Assembly (NCBI GenBank): GCA_020536535.1
Contig: JAHLWZ010000053.1
Span: forward strand, 1-64,000
Direction: 5' to 3'
Source of the DNA: Pelomyxa schiedti
Lineage: Eukaryota; Protista; Evosea
Length of the DNA stretch: 64,000 bases
Shown: piece after piece, positions 26,090 to 36,314 of the stretch
How the letters are laid out: each line of letters opens with the position of its first letter
How positions within the stretch are numbered: position 1 is the stretch's first letter
The notes under the pieces: generated by a model
Seen by the model: the letters and a program-made list of their open reading frames with translations, nothing else
The model's database searches: none
What the model was told of the DNA's origin: nothing
Position numbers and translations under genes: made by a program

Positions 26090-27463
26090 TCAATCATAGA
26101 AGACAAGTGACAAAGTGAGGAAAGTCCATAAGGGAAACGAAATCACAAGAAAGCCAGGGACCTCCTGTGGGGTTGTTGCCTCAATAACAGTGATGCGTGA
26201 CCCAACAGGGTCTGTGTGGAACAGGAACCCCAATGCACCAACCACTGTTGGTACCCAATCTCCCGGCTCACCTTTCCTTGTTGCCGGCATCTTGATTAAT
26301 CTAGCTGGCTCGTTTGCTGTGTCACCCTCGTTGTTGCAATCCCACACGGGCACATTCCCATCATCCCGCGGAAATGAAGGGACGTACTCAGAGTCACTGA
26401 GAGGGCAATAAGAACCGCAAGCAATGTTCCTTACCACGCCTGTTGATCGTTCAACTTCAAAGCAGTGATCCTCCATCTGTGTGACGAAACAGAGACTGCC
26501 GTCATGCCTCTTCATTGTAAACACAGAAAATAAAGTGAGGTCTTCAATGAGGGTAATAAGGCACCGTGTGACACTGAGAACCTTGAGGGTGCCACCCACG
26601 TGTGTGCCTGGGACATCAACAATCAGTAACCTTGGTGATGTTTCCCTTCCCACGCACACCACCAGAAGCAGCTCATCAGGCCTCGACGGCACAAACTCCA
26701 TCTGCATGAGAAACTGTGGCAGTTCCACACATGTGGCGCCTCCTTCGCAACAGAACCGGCACAGTCCAGCCTCTACAGGGCCTTGCAAATTCAGCCGCAC
26801 TGTGAGCATCACAGATGGCGGTGGGTCGCCGTAGTAGCGAACAACAGCGGCGGGGGTTCTCCCAGCCCTCACCAGCCACTTTCCGTTGGCCACGTGCAAC
26901 TCCTCGCTGAACGTAGCGGGGTCCTCGTCGACTATCCCGAGAATCTCCCCGGCGACGCTGTCCCACATGTACCAGCGCCCGCTGGGGTCGGTGGACCCCC
27001 CGTCGAATTCCCACTGGAGCGCCACGAAGAGCCTGTCACTCACCCAGTAGGGCCCAGGGACCCCCGCGGCCCCCCTCTCTTCGATGTCACCAACCACACT
27101 CCCTAGCAGGCGCGACACCCTCACACACAGGAACACATGCTCTTCTTTTTCTTCTTGTTCCTGGTCCTCATTCTCTGTTGGCTCTTCGCCGCGGCCAATG
27201 GCATCGCACTTGGCCCTCCTCCTCCCTTGCACATCCAGCACGAATGTTGTGGCAGTGTCCCGAACCAGGTCCCAAACCATCCGACCAATGATGTGACTGA
27301 TGCCGTTGAGGGCCAGCACCAATGCCCTCAGTTGGTCACAGGCACGTATTGTGGATGTAACAACGTAAACCTCTTGGTTCTGCGTCTTACAAACCGAAGT
27401 GTGAGAAAAAAATAAATGGCGAAATAAAAAAAACACCAGACCGCCGATCCTGAGAGACAACAA
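26090..27463 (-). CDS. Intronless, GC-rich member of a lineage-expanded gene family (no in-frame ATG at the position used by its paralog)
   Basis: 457-codon ORF starting at TTG; a second copy lies at the window start. Beta-strand-rich body with NGKWLV-type segments. Confidence 0.65.
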   Translation of the reverse strand: MLSLRIGGLVFFLFRHLFFSHTSVCKTQNQEVYVVTSTIRACDQLRALVLALNGISHIIGRMVWDLVRDTATTFVLDVQGRRRAKCDAIGRGEEPTENEDQEQEEKEEHVFLCVRVSRLLGSVVGDIEERGAAGVPGPYWVSDRLFVALQWEFDGGSTDPSGRWYMWDSVAGEILGIVDEDPATFSEELHVANGKWLVRAGRTPAAVVRYYGDPPPSVMLTVRLNLQGPVEAGLCRFCCEGGATCVELPQFLMQMEFVPSRPDELLLVVCVGRETSPRLLIVDVPGTHVGGTLKVLSVTRCLITLIEDLTLFSVFTMKRHDGSLCFVTQMEDHCFEVERSTGVVRNIACGSYCPLSDSEYVPSFPRDDGNVPVWDCNNEGDTANEPARLIKMPATRKGEPGDWVPTVVGALGFLFHTDPVGSRITVIEATTPQEVPGFLVISFPLWTFLTLSLVFYD

Positions 27464-28047
27464 GGAAAATGACAGCGTTCCGGTCTGTTGATTATTTTAT
27501 TCAGCCAAACCGTTTGTGGTCCTTGTGCCTTTGAACTCACTGTTGGGTTTGAACCGTTATGATCAGCAAAGGCAACATTGGCATTGCAGCTGCCAAATAA
27601 GGTGGGGCATTTCTTTCCACGCTGCCCCACCATAACTCTCTGCCCTCCCCCAAGAAGGTTAGTTACTCGACGTCGCTCACCACAGGCTTTTTTTTTTTTT
27701 TTGAGAAATGAATCTTTTGTATTCGCTACTATGTCGATCCCTTCTAACAACTATAGCCATATGCAGGTGACGCCTTTACGTTTGCGACCGATGTCGCTTT
27801 CTGTTTCGTGGTTTTTTTTTTTTGGCTTGCACCTACAATTGGAGGCATGGGGCCGATACAACTGACACATTTTACAAAGTTTTACAATTTACAGATATTT
27901 GACCTGTGTTGGTGGTCATGTCCAGTGAATGCAATGCAATGGTACTTCTTCCTATGCTTCCAGCCACGTTCTGAATGAGTGCTGTTAGTTGCGCTTACAT
28001 ACAGAAGTTCTCGTACACTTGAGGTTTTAGTCTCGGTCTTGACGGAG
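27292..28047. repeat. Segmental duplicate, copy 2 (of 1-746)
   Basis: Direct sequence collinearity with 1-746. Confidence 0.95.
27423..27501. repeat. 21-bp imperfect inverted repeat (18/21) with 37-nt spacer
   Basis: 27423-27443 AATAAAAAAAACACCAGACCG vs reverse complement of 27481-27501 AATAAAATAATCAACAGACCG. Confidence 0.85.
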
Positions 28048-29348
28048 TCTCCCTGAAGAAAAATTTGACCAGTACTTGACAATGTTCTCCCAATAAAATA
28101 CCCTTGAAAGCTGAATCGAGGAGAATAAGCGGATGTAAAAACCAATGGGGCCGTACTGGTTTAATTCAGCTATATCGATACGTCCATTGCAGGCCTTGCA
28201 GGATACAACTGAATTGGAATTTATTGGCATTGCTACAAATGCATATTAGCGTCAAATTTATGATTCTCTTACAAACTCAAATGTGACAACGATATAAGCC
28301 CGGAAACTGTGCCGAGGGTGAGGAAAGATTCTTCCGAGAGTACTACATCTTTGAATAAATTAATCACTGAGAAACTTGGGAAAAAATATTGTAAACTTGA
28401 TGCAAAGAAGAATCCCCCGTCAACTACTACAGTCAGATTTCCTGCTACTTGTATACTAGATTTCTGCCCTATCGCACAACTTCCAGAAACTGACCGAAAT
28501 GAAAGAGACCCAATAGCGAAATTCCCAACAATATCCGATGTTGCTGCAACTAGGAGAAACTTTTTAGCACTAGTGAGATGACTATCAACTACCTGTAACA
28601 ACTTCTATGGCTCCAGGCCAGTGGGGAGGGATACTTATAGTGACTTCGCCTTCAACGCAATTACTTTCAACTGCCATTGCGCAAGGAATAAGTACTAGTA
28701 AGCTTAACAGAAATCTACAATTCATGAACCACATAAAAGGAAAGAATTCACTTACGAGGCACCAGCAAACAGTACAGCAAAGGAAATGGAATTGTAGGCA
28801 ATAAGAAAAGCGGCCATAGAAATTATGACCTATAACAGTGAGCCGGGGAAAGTTTTTCACTGATGCGAACGCACTAGAACACAAGGCGAAAGTGACGAAC
28901 CAGAAGCTAGTATCTCCCCGTCTTCACAGGTCATATCCAACAGGTTGCATGTTCCTTTTCCTTGACCGTGGCACTTAACCCTTTTGTAAGAAAGGGTAAT
29001 TCTAAAGGAACTAACCACACCATAAGCCAGGTTATTTCTGATGTATCGACAGTGAGAGCTGTTTGGGCCATACTATCTACCACGGCCTTTGCATTCCCCC
29101 AAATTCTCCCTTGTACTTTCACATTACCATCAGAACTCTCCTGCAGAACAATTCGCCCCTTAATCTCATTAGACCAGTATTCCATTCCCACCACAACGCA
29201 CTACCTCATGCATGAAAACTGATACTCTGGAAACAGAAGCCGCTGCCTGTGACACAACCGGAGTGGCCTTGTACTCCCCCACACAAGTGCCCTCACATAA
29301 CATATGGGCTGTAACCAAGCAAATCACCGCACATCTAAGCACCGACAT
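28027..29348 (-). CDS. Hypothetical secreted/membrane protein (spliced; 3' end uncertain, 27882 or 28027)
   Basis: Signal-like MSVLRCAVICLVTAHMLCEG, open exons at 28931-29194 and 28269-28601, hydrophobic VIISMAAFLIAYNSISFAVLFAG. Confidence 0.4.
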
Positions 29349-29484
29349 CTTACTGTTACTTTTTCTGTCATTGTTTTTTTCCACCTTTGTTGTGGGACTA
29401 CACCCAGTAAATGCGCAAAGGAAAACCGAGAAAACAAAAAAATCGTAGAGTCACTTGCAACTGAGGTTCAAAAAAAATGCAGTT

Positions 29485-32400
29485 TTATGTACATAGGCGA
29501 GACAACTCTGTGATGGTATCGTCGATGAGAGAGGAGAATACGGAGTCGGCTATGTGCTTGGTGACTTGTTGGTGTGTGTTGGACTTCTCTCGCTGGTCCC
29601 AGAGGGACAGTGCTCTCTTGCATATCATTTTTGGGAGAGGATGGTGTGTGGTGGTTTGAGGGGATACCCACTGCGATATGGTGTGTGATATATTGTTGTG
29701 AATGTCGTTTTGGTGCATAAGATGCAGCTGCGAAGTGGGTGACAGGTAGCGGCAAGTATTTTGCCAGGTGTCCGGAGACTTCCTTCCAGCTGGTAAGACC
29801 TCCAAGGCCTCACATATCAGGTCAAATTTCTGCAGGTGTGGTCAAATGGGGTTACCTCTTTATTATAAAATGGAGCAGTGGTGATTTATACCAGGCGCCT
29901 AAGTGCTTTATCATATTTAGGAGGACCAGTAGTTTCCAGATTTCCCGCCTCCAATTGTTCAAATATGTGCTCCCCTACTGGAAGGAGCCGAGACACATCA
30001 ACTATATCACCAGTGATTCCGCAGTGGCGTGTTGATTCTGAAACAACGTCTCGGGAATACGAAGACATTGAATCAACTGAGAGGATGAGTGGTGGAGGTT
30101 GTGCTGTGTTTGAAGGTGGACTGTCGGAAATAGGAAGGGTTTGTGCCGAATCTGACACTGATATTGAATATTCCATTGCTGGTGTGGGGGGAGAAGTGTT
30201 GGTTAAGACTGCGCTCGTTGAGACTTCATCCCCAAATACGAGTGCATCAATAGTGTCATTCAAGATCACTTTGAACATTGCTTCAGAAATATCCCAAGTG
30301 AACACAAATTCCTTTTTAGCGATTTGTGATTTAGCAAGGGCCTGTAATTGGTATCAGTAAGGATTATCAGCCTGTGGGCAACCTGCATGCGACATAGGCA
30401 ATGCTTGAAATTTTCCCATGACAGCACAGCTTCACGTCTAAACATACACTTACGCACACGATCTCGGAAGGTGGTTCTATTACAAAGCGGCTGAAGAGTA
30501 CTTTCATCCGAGGTAATTTGATCCCCGCTACTTAATGTGAGTTGATGGCTATCTGTAGCTGTCTCTATTTCTGAATGAGAACTCTCCGAATCTGTGTCTT
30601 CAGAACACAGGTTAGCAATTTCAGTGCAGTCAGATACATCACTCGGGAATGAATTTCTTACGACAGGTGCATTTACGGGAGGGGTAGGGACACCAACGTC
30701 GCACTTGGAGTCAGTTGAGGGGTCTTTCGTATTGGGAAGTTCTTTTATACTTTTGATAATGTGAATGCTATTTCGGATTGGTACAACACCAAGATCGAGT
30801 CCTTGGCTGGGGCTGGTATAAGGATCTTGTGGGATGGGCATATGATGTTGTCCGTGTCCTCTGGCGCGCGGATTGCATGGTGTACCAGCATTATATTGCT
30901 CATTAGTAGGTCTTGAATTGGCACTGGGGTCAATATTGCTCCCGGAAACTTGATGGCTTGCAATGTTGGTATCGGCCTTCTTTGCTCGTGGCGCATTTGT
31001 CCTCCGAGCTACCTGCCTCTTATGTGTATTATGAGGTACGTCCACTGATCGAGGTGGTAAAGTGGTCTCTTCACAGACTATTTGTATTGTATCATAAGGG
31101 CGCGGTCTGTTACTACAGCTTTGCGTAGCTGAAGCGGACTGAACGGATGACATGGTGCTACTGTAACTTTCCCTTCCAGGGGAGGTAGAGACATCAGAGC
31201 AGTCACTTGTGGACCATTTTGCCCTACTGTTGGAGCCATGTTGAGATAAGCTACAGAGACAGCAACATGGCTCGGAGGATGATATTTCCGTGGACTGCGC
31301 GGCTGAGCCCTTATTGTACTTAAGCAACAAGAAAGGGAAGGGTGAGAAATTACCACAGATAAGGTAGCACCACATAAGCTGCAACAGGAAAAGGAATTAT
31401 GTTCCGAAAAGTCCGAAAGCGGTTCTCTGAACTTTGAGGAGCTAGATACATCAAAAAAGTTTCCTTGTTGTAGCGCATTGGATGCCTTACTGTGCTTCAC
31501 TGTGAGCGAATGCTCAGGTTGGATGGAGAGCGGTGTTGAACTTTCTTGTGGAGTCATAAGTCTTGTGAGCAGGGACACAACACTGAACTGAACCGAAGAG
31601 CCGTTTTGATTAAAAGGAGCAGGATATTCGGAGGATATTGATGTAAATGAAGTCCGCTGCCAGGTGTGAGTACTTGTGCACGCTTTATTTGCTCTGTATC
31701 GGCGCCAGGCTCTCTGAATGATAATTGCGGCATTACTTTCGCGTTTCAAGTTTTCCCACAGTAGTGCAGGTGAGTTCAGTGTTCGGAAAGCCTTGGAAAA
31801 TTTAAGTACGATGCATGACATAGAATTTAAATAATAAACCTGAAAGTCTCTCTTGGATGTAGGACCAGCTATAAAGTCTTGTTGGAAGTTTTCTGCTGTT
31901 TTCTGGCAGGAATTTCTATTGCGATAGAGCTGTGCTATTTGTAGCTCAAATAATTTGCTGTTTGCTTCAAGATCTACAGATAGATCAGAACAAGGGGAAA
32001 AGCAGGAAGGCAAGTACCTGCAAGTTCCTGCTGAAATCTATTAGTTGACAGCGGATCAGAACTGGAATGTGGTGATATGAGGGGTACTTTGGGGTCAGTT
32101 GGTGAGCCAAAATTTTTGAACTCTGAAAGGGGACTAGTTGGGTTTATGGTGTGTGGTGAGGTGGGGTCCAGTGCAGATTTGGGAGCCACAGCTCTAAGTG
32201 GGGTGGAGGAGACAGGATGTGGGACTCGTGAGGTCCAATCCCTGGAGTCAGAAAAGGATGATGAAGTGGTGGTACTCCCCGGGCACACCCCACGCTCTGT
32301 ACGGGGGGGCCCTTCACATCGTGTGGAAGGTAAAGGTGAGCTATGACGCACTATGCTTTCCTCTTGCCCATCTATAACAGGAGGTACTGGGGTTGGTCTG

Positions 32401-33527
32401 TTGGGGGAGTGCAGTGGTTTCCCTTTTTGACTCACTGTAGGTAATTGCTTGTGGTGCTGAAGAATTCTATTAACTTCGGTAAGAGCTATATTGGAATGCC
32501 ATGTTCTTGACCTGGCACCTTTGTCCATACGCAAACATTTTAGGTCTGTTGTCAACTGGTTTGGCTAAGTGCTTTGAAATGCTGATTCTTTTTGCGGTTT
32601 CCTGTCTCTTTTTTTCAATGTATTCCTTTTTTCCAAATTAACATGTATTAACTCAAAAGGGAGCACACTTTGAGTTGTTTTTTTTCCTCCTCTGTCAAAA
32701 TTTTGGGCTTCCGAGAATTTTGTTCCATTGAGTCGGAATCCAAGTTTAACTGGGAAGAGTGTTTCTGTTTAAGAAGTGTAGGAGCCCATACATTTGGTTC
32801 TTTTTTTGCAACAGGGGGGTTGATTTGTCCAGGTAAGTGGGTCTTGGCATGCCTTACTGTTGCAGGGGTTACATCCGTACATTTTGGTGTAGCCTCTTTT
32901 GGCTTGGAAGGCACTTTGTTTTGGTGCAAAAGTGAACTCTGTTTGGATGCCACATGGGACCCTAGGTGATGTTGAGGATTCCTACGAGTGACACTTGGTG
33001 GCTTTTCAGGCAATTCCACAGATGTTGTCTGTACCACAATGGGTTCCTTTTGCAAATGTCAGAAAGTTCGCGTCGGTGCTCTACATTTTGTTGAAGTAGC
33101 ACAAACGAGGAAACATTTCCACTCGCGCAGGGCGGTTCCAACCCTACAGGCAGTAAAACATTACAGTTTTCTCCCGATCTCCTTTTCTGCACGTATTACG
33201 ATGCGTAAGTGCATAACAGACTGTACCTTATCAATTGAAGACTGCAATTTTCGCACAGCCTCTGCGCACAAGTGAACGACACGTGAGAGGTGAAAAATAG
33301 TAACCTTTCCTCCGTTGGATCTCGGCTCTTTCCAGGTCCTCGCTTCTTTGCAAAGAGTAAGAACACAAAATACCAAACCATTTGTCTACGATCTACCGGT
33401 CTCTAAGATCCACACGTTGGGGCTCCACAAGGGTGACCTCTCTGCATACCACTCTAATTCCCGGTCCGTTGCTCATTGCTAATCGTCTTTCGAGAATGAG
33501 ATCTGGAATTTTTGTCTGGCAATCCAT
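29485..33527 (-). CDS. Large low-complexity protein with IQ motif and DUF4378/CEP350-like C-terminus (start approximate)
   Basis: IIIQRAWRRYR (IQ); terminal HIADSVFSSLIDDTITELSRL* resembles the CEP350/DUF4378 end; long open exons (30266-32013). Confidence 0.5.
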
Positions 33528-33648
33528 TGCCTCAATTGAGCAGTTGGGGCAAGAAACTGTCAACAAAAGAAAAAAAAATAAAAGTCAAAACATAAAAAAA
33601 AAAAAAGTAGCTTTGTGTAGGTCTATCCGGCGTGCTGCCACAGTAAAG

Positions 33649-35244
33649 ATGAAGATCACAATCAAGACACTGCAAAAGAAGGAGTTTTCCTTTGATGTGG
33701 AGACCACGGCGAAGGTATTTACTGCCGCATTTTGTGTCGTAGACGTAAGCTTATTTTTTTCGACCCACACGGTGCACTATAGGTCATTGAAATTAAAGAG
33801 AGAATTGAACGCGAGCAATCGTTCCCGGTTTCATGGCAAAAGTTGATTTTTGCTGGTAAGATTCTCGAAAACAACGCAACCCTCGTGGAGCAAGGAGTAA
33901 CTGATAATTCTTTCCTCGTGCTTATGACAAGAAAGGTTACTCACTCGTGATTCGCTACGAAAGATTTCTTATCTTCTTTAGCCTGCAGATGCCCCTGCTA
34001 CTCAGGCAGCTACTCCTGCCCCCCCTGCTACACCCACGCCCACTCCAACTCCAACTCCAACCCCAACGCCGACTCCGACTCCAACTCCCGTAGCCACTCC
34101 AACCCCAACGCCCACACCCACGCCAACCCCCACCCCAACTCCCACGCCCACAACTGCAGTTAACGTTCCGTATGCTACTTCATGACTCTTCCCACTTCAC
34201 CAACCCTTTCTTTAGACAAGGTAACCAGCTTGTCATGGGAAGCGACTATGAGAACACGATCAAGAACATTTGTGATATGGGATTTGAACGTGACCTGGTA
34301 ATCAAGGCATTGAGAGCAGCCTACCACAATCCTGATAGAGCCGTCGAGTATTTGACTTCAGTGAGATTCCTTATGGGTTTTTTCCCTGTTGGCTAACATC
34401 TATTAAGGGAGAGGGCATTCCTGACGTGCCTGATATGCCAGCAGCCTTTGCCCCACGAACTCAGCCACGTACTACTCCAACCCCCACCCCAGCTACCCCT
34501 ACCCCTACTCCCACTCCTACAACCCCTGCCACGCCAGCAACTCCTACTCCAACTCCAACAACTCCCTCAGCGCCTGGCATGCAAGGTGTTCCATTTTCTA
34601 TGTTCGGTGGTGCTGGTATTTCCCTTTCTCCGGTTTCTGTTGCATTTATTTGCTCTCAGGGCGCGGCAGTGGTGGTGCAACACCCGCAACTGGTGGCCCC
34701 ACTGGCGGTGTGCATCTTTTTTCCCTTTGGAGGTTTTCACTTTTCTTAGGTGGTAGAGGAGGGCCTCTGGACTTCTTGCGAACTGATCCCCAATTCCTGG
34801 CCATGCGCGACATGATCCAACAAGACCCACGTCTTCTGCAACCAGCCATTGCTTCACTTGCAAGATCAAGACCCGAAATTTTACAGCTTATCCAGCAGAA
34901 TCAAGGAGATTTCCTGCGACTTATGGCGGAGTTAGCCCCTGGTCTTGGTGGTGGTCCTGCAACTGGTGGAGGTGGTGAGGGAGCGATGCCAAGGTATGCA
35001 CCTTGAAGTATTGCTTTACCTCTAAAACTACAATAGATCCATTCAAGTCACTCCTGAAGAGAAGGCGGCAATTGAGCGGGTAATTTTTCTCTTTTTCACT
35101 TCCACTGTACTAACTTGCACCAAGTTGGAGGCTCTTGGCTACGACCGTGCTACCGTCATGCAAGCGTATTTTGCTTGTGACAAGAATGAGGAGTTGACAG
35201 CCAATTGGTTGCTTGAACATGGCCATGACGATGACCAGGAGTGA
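33649..35244 (+). CDS. RAD23: UV excision repair / proteasome shuttle RAD23 (UBL-UBA-STI1-UBA)
   Basis: MKITIKTLQ...[10 protein letters not shown]; [26 protein letters not shown]; [10 protein letters not shown]; [14 protein letters not shown]...[15 protein letters not shown]. Confidence 0.97.
34030..34150 (+). repeat. (Thr-Pro)n hexanucleotide repeat in RAD23 linker (second tract at about 34470-34565)
   Basis: Tandem ccaact/ccaacc/ccgact units. Confidence 0.85.
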
Positions 35245-35422
35245 TTCGTCTTTTAATGTTCTTGGACTATTTTTCCCTTTGTCTGTCGCCCACCCCACAA
35301 ACACGGGAGACACCAAAGAAGTATTTTTGTGAACCCACAAGCGTTTTCAAATAAACTCAATTCTATCATCTTTTTTTTTTTTTTTTTTTTGTAAAGGCAC
35401 AGATAGATGTGTCGGCGTAAAC

Positions 35423-36068
35423 TCAGCAAATGGGTTCACAGAGGTCGAGGGTGCAACTGTTATTTTCGTGACCCACATAGGCCTCGTAACACGCCCTGGT
35501 TGTGTCGGACTTGAGCCCTTGTGCGGCCAGCATATCCATGAACATGGCCCAGGCGGGTCCAAACTGCTCACAGCCAATGGTGCAGTGTCCCACTGCGTAT
35601 TTGCCACCAGGCACGATCATCACATTCTTCCCAGCTGACTGGGCTCTTTCTGTGTGTTGGTGAGGATAGGTTTTGATAGTTGATAATCAAACATCGAAGG
35701 ATTATGTGAATCATCAAAGACAGGACAAAAAGAAAAAAGATTTGTGAGAGAATAACGACCTGCTTGGGGATCATCAGCACGAGGCAGGCACGAGAACGGA
35801 GCTGATCCACGGGGGTGGAGTAGGGGTCGTTGTAATATATTCCCAGTGTCCTCATTTCGGCCTCAGGCAAACCGAAAAGTGTTTCTCCTGCTCTGACCAC
35901 CTGCCGTTTCGTTGTTAAGGACAGCTACAAACAAACCAACAGTGACAGAGGGGAGCTCACCGCGTCGAATTTTAGTCCAATGAGGTTGTAGGCCCCGCAG
36001 TGCTCCTCGTAGAGAACTGTCACTGGTGCCCTCTCTTGCACGCTCATGCTGATTTGAATATCTGCCAT
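35423..36068 (-). CDS. GyrI-like (SbmC/AraC effector-binding) small-molecule-binding protein, spliced
   Basis: MADIQISMSVQERAPVTVLYEEHCGAYNLIG..., TLGIYYNDPYSTPVDQLRSRAC, IVPGGKYAV, ACYEAY...DLCEPIC*. These match the GyrI pattern H.G.Y / G.Y.DDP..TP..LR / .PGG.YA / E.Y. Confidence 0.8.
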
Positions 36069-36314
36069 GGTGGTTTTGGCTGTGTTTGTTTAATTAAAAG
36101 TGATCAGAGGGCGTGCCCTTATAAGGGGCAAAAGAAATCTTTATTTTTCTGTCTATTTGGGGGGCTTCTCGAAATCGGCTGGGGCTTTGGCAACATCAAC
36201 ATCAGTCTGAAGAATGCCAACCGGTTTTGTGGTCAATTTGTGTTTGATAAACCTTCTGAGGTTTTGGTCTTCAGGAGAGTTACCAACTCCAGGCTCTGTG
36301 GAATTGACTTTCGA

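Noticed and set aside
34030-34565. Regular short repeats resembling an array
   Set aside because: Coding Thr-Pro linker of RAD23; no repeat-spacer structure, so not CRISPR or satellite.
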